From NCBI RefSeq assembly GCF_964204645.1, contig NC_134030.1:10871947-10935946 (forward strand): 64,000 nt of DNA, in the 5' to 3' direction. The position numbers and the translations under genes are program-made. A model generated the notes under the pieces. It saw nothing but the letters and a program-made list of their open reading frames with translations, was not told the DNA's origin and did not search any database. The first letter of the stretch is position 1. The number at the start of each line of letters is the position of its first letter. Source of the stretch: Tubulanus polymorphus (taxonomy: Eukaryota; Animalia; Nemertea). Shown in pieces: positions 13,833-26,037 of the stretch.

Positions 13833-14064
13833 AGCCGCGATCACATGAGCGGACCAAAAACGTCGGACCAGGCCCGTGCCAAATTTTATTACGGGACAAA
13901 TGATTGCGTTTGAATTGGTTCCGGAAATGACTGACTTCGTTTTGGTTGAGCATTGTTTAGTATCGAGTGAGTGGTTTGCGTGTGAACGCAGTCTCTAATT
14001 TGGCTCGAGCCTGATATCCGTGCCATTTTGGCCCGTGCTAAATCGTCTCCGTGTGATCGCGGCT
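13833..14064. mobile_element. MITE with AGCCGCGATCACA...TGTGATCGCGGCT TIRs; a relative starts at ~18630
   Basis: 13-bp perfect inverted termini. 18630-18860 is a reversed homolog. Confidence 0.75.
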
Positions 14065-14566
14065 TATGATGGTTTTATGAACTATCCGTTGAATGCTTTG
14101 TCTGAATCCGATGCTTAGAAGTCGAGGATCCAGTTCCACAGTTCTAAGTTAAATTTGACTTCTGATTTGAAACATTGAAATGAATGTATTTCGATTCGGA
14201 GTTAAAACCAACTCACAACTGTGGAACTGTAAAATTGAAGTCCTCCTTTCAGTGAATATGCAAGTAAAATGGAGACGATTTGCCATGTTGGCAGTACTTA
14301 CTGGGCTATTCTTACAAAATCCTGTCCAGTCTCGGGCTATCTTTGACGGTACGTAAGTTGAATAACCTACATTCGATTTTCTAATTTTCTTTATAACAAA
14401 ACAGCCGTTCCTGATAAGGTTAATTAACATGGAGACGTTTTGATACATATCTCTTTTCGCGACATATGTTTGAATTCAGAGTTCTTTTCTAAATTATGAA
14501 ATATCGACGTCGTATTTTGACGAGCGGTTTAATGAGGGGCATTGAGGTAGTTTTTTTGCATTATAG

Positions 14567-17500
14567 GTTGTAAGGTAGATATTGTTTTTCTAATCGACGC
14601 GTCGGGGACTTGGTGCCAAGCTGATTTCGACGACACTAGAAATTACGTAAAATCGTTCGTCAATGATGTCACAGTGGGCCCGAATGACACCCGCATCGGG
14701 GTGGTTGGATTCACTGGCCCGACGAGTACGAAGACTGCCGTCGATTTTACCGATCTCGAAAAAGATTCAATTAAGCAGAAACTCGATTACATGGAATTCA
14801 AGCGCTGTGTAACATACACCCATCATGCTCTGAATAAGGCTAAACAGGTAAGCGTTGTAAATGTATTATCTATCAAGGCCTACATCGAATCATCTACGAA
14901 GGGCTGAGCTGTTACCAAAAGAAATCTTAAGTCTAAATTGCTCTGTGGGATTCGCAGCCCCGGAGGTGACATAGATTGCATGGAAAAGTAATGATGTGTC
15001 ATAGTTAATTGCTAATAATGACTTCTTATGGATAACCAGAGTTAGACAAGGGTGCTACTCGCTACTATCGACTTCGAAGCATCTTCTTGGCTTTTCAGCC
15101 ACTTAAGACATGTCATAAAAGGAGATGACAAACGCCCACTCTAGTCAACCACTTGGCCAGTGGTTCTACAATTTGATCGTGTATTTCCGTACATAAGCAT
15201 GTACCATTATTTTGAAGGAGATATTTTCGAACAAGAGAGAAAATGCCAAAAAAGTAGCCGTTTTGATAACTGATGGCGATAAAACCATCGACACCAAATT
15301 CCTGGAAATAGCCCAAGAGTACAAAAAGGCAAACATCATGTTGGTTATACTCCATATCGGGGTAGATGCCGTTGATGATGGTTTGAAGAAAGCAGCTTAC
15401 AAACCTGATTGGGTCGCTCGATTATCTGGATATAACGATCTGCGAAATACACTATCAACCGTGCACGACGTCGCTTGTCCCATAAGTAAGTATAGAACAT
15501 CGTTTCATAATCATTTCAAGTGTCGTCGTCTAAAATGATGATCTATCGACTGATGCATGGTTTCCATCTTCGCCCCTTCCCGATTGCCACATGCCAGTTC
15601 GCCCCTTTTCTGCGCTGCCCTTTCCGGTGAGAAGGGTCAAGATGAAGAAGATAAGTGGCTTGTAGCAAAATTGGAGAAGGGAACAAGACGTCTCGAAGTG
15701 TTAAAACTACTGATTGGGAAGGGACAGAACGGGGGTGAATTGGGAGTGTGCATGACGAAATGATAAATCCAAAAAGATACAGGAACGCTGTGTTGTCTTC
15801 TTTTATCAGTTCTATGAGTTTTATTGAATTTCTTTTGTCCTTTGGTTTATCTTAATCTATAACCGTGGTAACTATCATAGTGACGCACTGATTTTTCAGT
15901 TTATGACCACCAAGATTCCGATTAAATATAAAACGATGATATCTATCATTATACTCCGAGGTTCCAGAAATAAATTAACAAGTAGTAACGGTTTCATTTC
16001 GCCCGATGCTTGAATTTACATCATATACAGTGATCTCACCATACTTAGACATGCCCCAAATCGGTCTTTGACAAAAATTGAATTATTTCCTGATATCGTA
16101 TTTTTCCAAATCTGAACTCGGAATTCCCTCCCCACGGACCAATTTTGTCGTTCCCAGTTTTCACAATTAGGCAAGGGTTACCGCATGGCTTTATAATGAA
16201 ATACTAGCGCATACATGGGTGTGTTCATTTAAATTTGATCCAACCACATTCATTTTCTTTTTTCAAAATGCACCATTACATGTATATATGGGCTGTAGGC
16301 CAGTATTTTACGATTTTGTTGTTTAAAAAATGAAATGTATTTTAGGATGCAGGGCTGACGTGGCGTTTCTCGTAGACGGATCGACGAGTCTCGTCGAGAC
16401 GATGTTCGACCAAGCCAGGAGATTCGTGAACGCTTTCGCCGACTCGGTGCATGTCGGCGACGAGGCGATTCGTATCGGTGTCGTCCGATTTGGCTCGAAG
16501 TCGGATCTCATAGTAAAATTTACCGATACCGACAAGGAATCGATCAAAGAAAAGATAGATAATATGGAGCTTCAAGGTGGAATGACGTTTACCGGAAAAG
16601 CTTTGCAATTCACCAACGAGGTAAACATTACTGAAATGAAAAGAATGCGGCCCAATTCTATAGGCCATTTTCAAAACGTGGATCAGATGCTCAAAAGTTG
16701 TTTAGAGTTAACCAGCAGAAAGTTGATATGGTACCAATGTTCATTGCTACTATGGTATTTATCCGCCGGTGATCTTTAACCAACTTTTGAGCAACTGGCC
16801 CCTGATTTATTACAGTTACGACATTACTAAATCAAACATCACTAATATCAGATGGAAATTTAGAGATAAACATTGTCGAAATGTCCCCAGTTGAATCATC
16901 ACGAAGTCCAAAAAGCATAATTCTTTTTGCTTACAGAACCTGTTTTCGGAATCCCGACCGGATGCACGCAAGCTGACGGTTATTGTGACCGACGGGATGC
17001 CATCAGATCCCGGAAGTTTATTAAGTTGGGGAACGCGATACCGTGCAGATAACAACAAACTGATGTTCGTGGTTATCGGAAGGCCTCCGTCGATCGACGT
17101 TTCCGAGTTAAGCGCTGCGGCATACAGACCAGACTGGGTTATCAGGTTCAACATTGAATGCATTATATACTTATATTTTCATTATAACTGAATTTGGGAA
17201 TCTTTATAATTTACAGTTTCAAACATCTAATGTTGAAGCCAAAACGGTAATAATTTCTTATCTGAGATAAAGACGACAGGGGGTCGATCCAGGGGGATTT
17301 ATGAAACTTCTACATGTCCATCAATTTTTTTGAGTGCCCTTTTTCATTTTGTCAACGAAGATAATTGGTGCAAAGTGCAGGGGTACGCTTGATATTAACT
17401 CTTTTTACACCAGAGTGCCCTTTTGGGACTTGACAAGTTCTTCAAAATTAGCCCCTCAGTGTAAGAGAGTGCCATTTTGAACATCGAAGTGCCCTTTTGG

Positions 17501-19094
17501 TATGTGAAAACTTCTTCAAAATTGGCCTCTAGATCCGTCCCTGGACATGTGCATTAAACATCGAGTTCATAAATCCATTTTCCGATTTTTTTTCCGCTAA
17601 AGAATGCCCACACGAACTCAATTAACTTCTTATGGCCTTTATCAATTTATACAAAACACAAAGATCTTAGATTATCAAAAGCTTATTATTACATATACTG
17701 CTTGTAGGTTGGATTCTTACGCCCAACTTGAGGAGCACATCAATGGAGTCAGGGATAAGGTTTTCTGTGGTAAGCTTTCACATGGAACGGGGGACTTTAA
17801 AGGGAGCTTTAAAGATTCTGAACAAATTTGCCGAAATACTCGGTTTACTGAACGCCTTTTTCTTTCTTAGGTTGCAATGAAAGAGACATGGCCGTTCTTC
17901 TAGACAGTTCCATAAGCATACCGGTGGAGCTATTTGAAAAGACGAAAGATTTCATCATTTCTTACGCGAAAACATTAGATATCGGACAGCGAGCAACTCG
18001 CTTCGGGTTAGTCAGATTCAGCAGCACGACTGCCACGAAGACATTCGTAGATTTCTCCGACCTCGAAAAAGATTCGATTTTAGGAAAGATAAAAAACCTC
18101 GAAAAAGCTGGTGCAATGACACAAACCGGTTACGCGATGGAAGTTGCCAAGAAGGTACACAATGTATTCCGTCGATACATATGTGCTATGATCAATGCAA
18201 CACACAAATTATCTTATGGTTTCTAATTTTCACAGGACCTTTTCGATCACGCACGTCCTAAAGCGGAAAAAATTGCAATAATTATTACCGACGGATACCC
18301 CTCGAGTAGTTCAGTTCTTCTCGAACAGGGTCGCCTATATAAGCAGGATGATATCAAAGTGTTATTTGTATTGGTCGGAAAATCGTTCGCATCATATTTC
18401 TATGATATGTATAAAGAGGTGGCCTATAAACCGGACTGGGTGAGGAGATTTGACAGCTATCAGGATCTTGCTGTATCCCGAGATTTCTACTGCTGTAAGT
18501 ATCAGCCATTTTGAATTGCATTGTATTCTATTTATTCCTTTGAATTAATTAATATAAGGTCCATCCCCCAAGCCTCCTTTTTCAAATATCACCAGAACTG
18601 CATATTTTAGTAGAACGACTTCTCATTTATAGCCGTGATCAGACGGAGACGATTTGGCCCCGGCCAAATTGGCACTGATCAGTCCCAAGTCAATTTTACC
18701 CGTGCCTAATTAGTGAGCGTGTTCACACGTGAACCACTCAGTCGATAGTAAGCAATACCTGAACAAAGCGCGGCATTATTTTTGGGCTCGGCCAAAAAGG
18801 CACGGCTCATTTGGCAACCGCGTGAACAGTTGTTCCGGGCCTAATTTGGCACCGGCCAGCATTTTCTAGCACAGGCAATATTTGACATTGAATTCGCTGC
18901 CGCTTTGATTTGATATCATCCATCCAGATTGCAAATCATATCGTATCAATTTTGTCTATCTTGACTATCAGAATTGGTAAAACTTACGACTTATATTTGC
19001 ATATGAGAAGATCTTAGTTATAACGTCAACCCTTTCTCTGTAATCCTGAAAAATAAGAGTACTATTCTCTTAATGTATTTATCTGTTTTCAGAA
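14567..19094 (+). CDS. Triple von Willebrand factor A (VWA) domain protein (matrilin/collagen VI-like extracellular protein), 5' end unresolved
   Basis: In-frame exons with AG/GT boundaries: 14567-14847, 15218-15485, 16346-16620, 16937-17145, 17708-17769, 17871-18154, 18236-18494. The stop is probably T|AA completed at 19093-19094. Each domain has D-x-x-F/V-L-x-D-x-S, RIGVV/RFGLV and ITDG/VTDG, plus a shared AYK/RPDWV motif. AATAAA at 19371. Confidence 0.88.
16650..16804. mobile_element. Intronic MITE (GGCCCAATT...GAGCAACTGGCCCC)
   Basis: Internal inverted repeat GCTCAAAAGTTG / CAACTTTTGAGC and GGCC-type ends. Confidence 0.55.
17277..17543. mobile_element. Intronic MITE with CAGGGG..GATCCAG / CTAGATCCGTCCCTG termini
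   Basis: Imperfect TIRs and internal AGTGCCCTTTT repeats. Related ends occur at ~10600, 52740-53000 and 62660. Confidence 0.6.
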
Positions 19095-20011
19095 AACAGA
19101 CTGACACGAGACTAGTCTTCATTGTTATACTAGTCCGTGGACTAGTATTTGAACGCTTACCGAATAGGTCGCAATCTATGCTTGAATTTGATTTTTGCAT
19201 CTCCTGTACTGTTAGATATTTTACTTTATTGTTTAGAATGTCGATGGATATTGCCTATCATTATACATGTATAACGTACAATTATCAGAAAGAAAAGTTT
19301 CTTACAATTTCTGAATCGTACAATTTCTTAGTCGTTCATACGACAGTGAATATGTGATTTACTCAAAATGAATAAAAATTATAGAAATCGAAGAAATAGA
19401 ATTTGTGTTTAATTCTTTGGATATGGTCATAGTACCCTTCGGAGACTTGGTGACATTCTGAGGGTTGTTGGGGGCGTTGTCTTAGGACTATGTCTGAGAT
19501 ATGACGCTGGATCTAATTGCATTGGCAGTGAAATAAAGTGGACATTCTTGCTAATGTACATAAGCTAGAGTGTAAATCGGCGATGCTATTGATATGTGAA
19601 TAGATATGAATTCTAGAGATAAAGTATTTTGGGGTATATTTTGTATTTAACCAATTAAATTTTGAGACTTGGGAAGATTTAAGGTTTGCGGTAGCGTAGA
19701 GATTTTCCTTGGGTGCCATGTTTATGGCGCGGGCTAAAACATTCGCGTGATCGTTTCTCTAATGTTGAAAGTTTCTTTCCATTAAATTGGTATATTATAT
19801 GCTCTTTGACATAAGCAATGCATTCATTCATTCAATATGTATATGTGTACTTTTTCAAGAAGCTTTTTCCATTACAACGGTATCTGATATCAATCTGAAA
19901 ATCGATATCGTGATCCTTTCCACTAATGCACTAGTGGTCCATTTAAAGTAAATGGGTTCTTAGTTTTCGAAAGTGGATGGAAAGGAAAATCGACGATAAG
20001 TGCGAATCAAA

Positions 20012-20986
20012 ATGAATACGACTGTCATTACGAGGAATATAATCGGCAGTTACATTTTAGGATATGGCGGCCTTGTTTTGGCACTCTTCGGGACACTGGG
20101 CAACGTTCTAAGCGTCGTTGTACTGAGACGGAGTAGTCGCGGGAGTAAAATGCAATCGACCGTTTTAATTTTATGTTGCATCTCCATCTGCGATCTAGTG
20201 ACCCTCGACCTAGGTTTACTTCGACTCGTTGTATTTTACATATCGTTAATACGAAGCGACGGTAAGTCTGTCGTCGATATACGCAAGCACAGTGGCCCGC
20301 TGACCGGATTCGTGTGCCCCGCATCGGCCTTCATATCTAACTATAGCCCCCAAGTCGGCGCTTGGCTCGTCGTACTCTTAACCGCGGAACGATTCGTGTG
20401 CGTTGCCTTTCCTATGATGGCGACCCGATTGGCGGTGCGTCGAAATGCAGTATTTGGTATCGCCACAATCGTATCGGTCTTATTTCTCGTAAACGGGCAC
20501 ATTCTTTTCGGAATTCGTTACTCCAATCGTCCACCGTTGGTTGGTTTTCATTGCCAGCCGATCAACGATCTCTATAGACACTTCCAGATTCGCGTCTACT
20601 CGTGGATCAGCGTCTTCGCGTCTTCTCTTATACCATTTGCACTTATTTCAGTCATGAATTTAACGATCGTCAAAAATCTTAATTCTGCTACAAATCGTCG
20701 GCGTGTTTTGTCGGTCGGTGCGGTAACAAAGCGAACCGATCATAATAACGTCACTAGCACTTTACTGGCAGTCAGCACAACATTCATCGTCACAACGCTT
20801 CCCGACGTTGGATTCGTGGTTTATTTGACCAAAAGTAGTTTTGCTTTTGTTGGTGGTTTGGTAGAAATACTGGGGCCAGCTCTACGTTTATTATTCTATT
20901 CGAACAATGCCATTAATTTCATCTTGTATCTGTGTTGCGGTCAGAAATTTCGGAAAGAGTTCACGAGGTTGATCACCTGTAAATAG
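20012..20986 (+). CDS. Intronless class A (rhodopsin-like) GPCR, FMRFamide/sex-peptide-receptor-like lophotrochozoan family
   Basis: Seven hydrophobic segments; GTLGN (TM1), ISICD (TM2), AERF (TM3), LIPF (TM5), TTLP (TM6), NNAINFILY..GQKFR (TM7/H8). The first ATG is at 20012. Confidence 0.93.
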   Translation: MNTTVITRNIIGSYILGYGGLVLALFGTLGNVLSVVVLRRSSRGSKMQSTVLILCCISICDLVTLDLGLLRLVVFYISLIRSDGKSVVDIRKHSGPLTGFVCPASAFISNYSPQVGAWLVVLLTAERFVCVAFPMMATRLAVRRNAVFGIATIVSVLFLVNGHILFGIRYSNRPPLVGFHCQPINDLYRHFQIRVYSWISVFASSLIPFALISVMNLTIVKNLNSATNRRRVLSVGAVTKRTDHNNVTSTLLAVSTTFIVTTLPDVGFVVYLTKSSFAFVGGLVEILGPALRLLFYSNNAINFILYLCCGQKFRKEFTRLITCK

Positions 20987-21866
20987 ATTGCCGTTGTTTA
21001 GGCTAAACAATCATACCTTCTGGCTCTCTTTCACTCATCAAAGTGACCATACAGGCACGTGTTCTTTTTAGAATTCATTTCTAAACATTGATTTATGGAA
21101 TTTCTGTACCAGGCAGGAAGGGTTTTAAGGATTTTTTAAAGATACTTTAAGGATTTTTGTCAAATAAATGAAAGATTGAAATGTCGAAATATGGGTACGA
21201 TACGGTAGGTAAAGACAGGGATGCGCCCTTATATTGACTGCATAATAATGTTTTCAAATCCCGAAGGAATGATTCTCCTCAACTGCGCTTTGATATGTGG
21301 CTATGAAATTTATACCAGAGGTAAAATGGTTCAACCTGGTCAAAAGAACTGTAGGCACCAAACTCCTTCCGCGGCCCTAACCCCGATTTAAGTTCCTGAT
21401 TACTTGCATGGCAAACCAAAAATCTCCCTAAAAGAAAATATCATACTATTTCAATTTTTCGTACTGATTTCATTTTCTTGAAAACAAGCAACGCCCTATC
21501 GTCGTATTCGTCAACGGCTTTGAGCCCTTCACCAGCGCTTGCCCTGTCGCTACAGGTATTTTCATAATCCAGGATTCATTGGCTCGAGTTCGCGTGTAGC
21601 ATCGGTGAATTTCTTCCCCATTTGTGAGCAAAAGAATAAGAAATGAGCTGAACTCAAGTTTAATTTACACACGGCAGATTGACGATTTTAAACATTGAAA
21701 TGATACATACTGTTTGAAGGGATCTGGCCACCTGGATTTTATCTTTTACAAATTGTCTACATAATATTTTCCGACCGGACCGCTGCTGCCAAAAAACAAG
21801 GCATCCTTATGAGGGTTTTTTGTTTTTTGCCTTTTTCACAGAAAATCCTATTGCTTTCCACCGAAT

Positions 21867-21968
21867 GTATCATTATCATTATAGTTATCATAATCGTTAT
21901 TGTTATCATTATCGTTATTACCATCGTAATCATTATCATTACCGTTATCGCTATCATGATCATTATCC
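21867..21968. repeat. Degenerate trinucleotide (ATC/ATT/GTT) microsatellite
   Basis: Directly visible; it produces the spurious poly-Ile ORFs. Confidence 0.85.
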
Positions 21969-22320
21969 TAAATTATTTCATGTTTTTCATCCAAGATTTT
22001 GTACTTTTTCACTTAGAATGAAAAATGTTAATTGAAGTATCGTCAACATCATCTAGTTGCGGTTGCATCTCGTCTGCGGCTTACTCTGGCTATAAATTTG
22101 AATGTGAACTTAAGTTGTACGTCAGTTATGCGCAGCTGACATTACATTTTACGTAAGAATAATCAATCTGCGGATTAAGCTGGTTTTGGTTGCTGACTGG
22201 TGTAAAATGTGGATGAACGTGTGAACGCTGTCAGAAAGAAACGATACATTGACATCGCTAACGAACTAGTCGTATTTTTAGGTTTCATATTACTAGCGCG
22301 TAAGCAATTAATTTCGAATC

Positions 22321-23332
22321 ATGAATCGGACGTTATTGCCTCAGCCACCATCTTGGTTGTGGCAAATGTCCGTCTGGTACGCGTACAATTTCATAGTTTA
22401 TCTCATTTGGATTGTCGGTAGTATCGGCAACATTCTCACATTAGTTTTACTCATTCAATTGCGCAACGAACTAGACGGCCCCAGCTCTCAATACTTGTTC
22501 TCGTTGGCTACATCGGATTTGATACATTTAAACACAGTGTCATTGAAATGGCTGGAGAAGATCAGTATTGCATCGGGCACCGGTTTTGAAGTGTACGTAT
22601 TCTACGCATCCTCCGAAGTCGCCTGTAGGGTTTTGCTGGTAATTGCCAGTATCTCGATCAAACTGTCTACTTGGACTTTGTGCATTTTTGCCATTGAGAG
22701 ATCACTCGCAATTTCTATGCCTCTTAAAGTTGCTAATGCCTTTACCAAATCTCGACGGCGATATCTGATCGTTTGTCAGTGGACCATTGTCATCGCCGTG
22801 GAGAGCTCTTTTACCGATGTTTACGGAATTCGCCCTTACTCAGACGGACGTCAAAATTGCATGTTATTTCCTAATTACATCGATGGGAATGCCGTGCTTA
22901 GAATAGCGTTATCGATGTATATTCGTGTAACGCACTTTATTGTACCTTACATCATAAATACCTCTTGCATTATGGTAATCGCTAAGAAACTAACTTCAAG
23001 ACCGACTAAAGCTTCGAATAATGTACAAAATATTTAAACAAGACAGGACATGCATCAAAAACCTCGTAGCGATAACTTCTTTATATCTAATTCTATCGCT
23101 TCCCAATACCTTAGTAAATTCTATTTTTTACGCGAACCCGTCTATTTTGCACTGGCCTGGTAAACCCCACCTACTCTATTTCATTACATTGGTAACGGCA
23201 ACAATCGAAACCTCAAACAACGCCATTAATTTCTTCATATATTTTATCAGTTTTAGAAAGTTTCGAATTGAAATAATACGTTTTTGCCTCTCTCTACCCA
23301 GGAGTAAATGGGTACTTGGCCACACGGCATAA
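22321..23332 (+). pseudogene. Intronless class A GPCR with a single +1 frameshift in ICL3 (~23035); pseudogene or assembly indel
   Basis: TM1-5 lie in 22321-23037 (GSIGN, LATSD, IERS, IVPY). TM6-7 lie in another frame, 23021-23332 (LSLP, NNAINFFIY..RKFR). Removing one T from AATATTTAAA restores the frame. Confidence 0.8.
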
Positions 23333-25629
23333 CAAATATGACACATATCAAAAACGTTGGGCTTTATCGATTATCATATTCGTTTTGGAGATTTGTACGT
23401 TCATACGTATAGTTATTCATAACTAACTTTTCTCCTTCTTTGTTGTTGGTACATCGTTTGGTTGGACAACTTAATGGGCCGCCGAACGAATCGCGTCGTG
23501 ATGTGGCGTGGTGCGCATTTCGAATATTTCCTCTTGACCACACGGATCTATATTTTTGGCAAAAAAATTCACGGTTACGTTTTGTACGATCATAGTACCA
23601 TGGTGGATGCTGTACAAATCCCGTGATGCGTAGGAGATTCCCTGACGATATCCATTTATGGATATCAATTGCTTAGTCCACATGCGTTAAACCATATTGA
23701 CCAATTTTGTCGGTAGAAAAACTAAAAACCTTTACTCACGAAACTTGCTATATCAATCAGTAAGCTACTAACTAATTACAACAGCCCTACATTTATGATC
23801 TCGATCCATCAAAAGATGCACTTAACTTGAGTTTTCCCTTTTCACCTACCGGTAGTTGTTTCAATTTCGTGGAATCACTCACGACTATAATTTATGATAA
23901 AACTACTTCATGGCCCATATAAGCATCAACTAATGCGAAGATGATATAGATGACTTTCTTCATTTTGATATGTCGATGGCATCGGAAAAGAATATGGCTA
24001 TCAAAATCCATAACTGAGGAATAGTTAGACATTCTTAGCAGCCCGCCAATGGATGCCCACCGAGATAAAGTTTACTGAAATTATTCTTCAGCAACACACT
24101 TTAACCACAAAGCAACCTGTAAATTGCCCGTTGAAAATTATTCCCAGATGATTAAATATTGATTAATATTATTGATTGAATATTTCTAACACAGATTGGT
24201 CAAGTGAAAGGACTGCATTGATGGGTGTTTGCCCTCCCTCTTATCGGCGGCCATTCCCACCAAAAACAACCTTGTCTATTTGTAGGTACTTTGATAAAAC
24301 GTCTATCGTCAAAACGTCTTACTCATGTCTTCGTCTTAAAGGTTGTCATTAAGGAAATGTACATATGATAAAACTGGCGCCGTCTGCTTTTTTATATATA
24401 TATATATACCAACATTGATTTTTCATATCTATTATGCATGCGGATGTATAATAATACATCACACACATATAACTGAACATTATCTTGGATTGGATGTAAT
24501 TGTCGTATATATCTAATTCCGTCAATATTCGCAAATTCGCATAACATACGTATACCCTGAAAAGTGTTTTAACGAGACGTGTATGCATACTACAATTTGG
24601 TAAAAGTCCTTACAATAGTTTAACTATTCAGGATGGAATTCTACCGCGACTTTGACACCATACACCGATATAGGTTTGGTTCAGCACTTATTCAAGATGG
24701 TAAATTCAAATTTAACATCATAATACGGTTCCACATCAACTGGTTGTGGCCGGAATTGATTTTGACTCCAGGTTTAACCTAATTCACAACTGTGGAACAT
24801 GGTGTTTTCTGAACTCCAGTTGAATATTTTCGAAATAAGCAAGGTCCCAGGTCCGCACTTAAGATTTTTGTCGGTGAAGATTTTTGACTGTAATTCAAGA
24901 TTGAGTATAGTTTATTCAACAGATTGCTGACTCGGCCCACTAAAGTGTATGCTCATATTCTAATTCAGCTGTATTCCTAGGTGTTTGGTCCCTCTGTGGT
25001 GAAGGTAATGGCCACAAATTTTCATGTAAAATCATTTTAAAAGGTGTTTCCTTGAAAGAAATCATTAGTAAGTTTTCATTTATAAAGTGCAAGTATACTT
25101 TAACCGTTCAAATGCGCTTTTCGAGAGTTCAATGGTATGCTGTATGGAACAAAATTGTTTTGAGATGGGTCTTGGAAGCTAGCGAGGTAAGGAGATACGC
25201 GTTGGGATAGTTCGCGAGAGTTCCAAAGGCCATGATGATTATACCATTATCATGGCCTAGCGTTCATGCAATTTATTTAGTAGCCTCATTCGGACATGGC
25301 CAACTCAGACCTCGACTAAAACTTGAAAGAAAAACCTGGGTGATCTGGCTTAGATAGATTGTTTCAGTCTCGCCGTATTGCACCATTATCTTGTTACATT
25401 TTTCTTCGTTAACTTATGGTATCGTCCAATAATGTAACATTCGAATGAAAATAAATCTCATTTTCAATTTCAACCAAATCATTTCTCGAATTCCTATTTT
25501 ATTTAGTTTTTCCGAGTTCGGCGTGTAATGTGTCGAATGATTTTCTCAATAAACGAATACGACTGATATTGTCCTTTATTCTTCTTGAATGAGAATTTCC
25601 GGCATCGAAATATAAATAGCTACTTCTCT

Positions 25630-25732
25630 TCGACTTAAACTGTATTTATTCGAGTTAAATTGTATGTATTCGAGTTAAAATTGTATGTATTCGATCGAGT
25701 TAAATTGTATGTATTCGAGTTAAATTGTATGA
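25630..25732. repeat. Short tandem repeat, ~20-bp unit GAGTTAAATTGTATGTATTC, 4-5 copies
   Basis: Directly visible. Confidence 0.85.
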
Positions 25733-26037
25733 ATTGGATGGAGTCTACTGGATTAAGAAAAGAAATGCATTTTTCTATGTCTGAAGAGTTAAATATTCGT
25801 TCACGCCTGAAAAAGAATGTTACAACAAGAAAATATGATAATAGAAATTACGTTCATTTCATTATTTCTTCTTATCTGCTTGTTTTTTTTTCTGCGAGGA
25901 TTTTCCAGGAACAGTTGCCAATGACTCCGTTTACCTCCTCGAAAGCGATTTGAACGATAAGAGAATAAATTGAATACAATCAGTTTCCGTTTTTGATCAT
26001 CCGTCAAAATATTTATTGTATCGACTCACGCATATTA

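Noticed and set aside
21757-22035. Hydrophobic poly-Ile and His/Tyr-rich ORFs
   Set aside because: Translation of a degenerate trinucleotide repeat.
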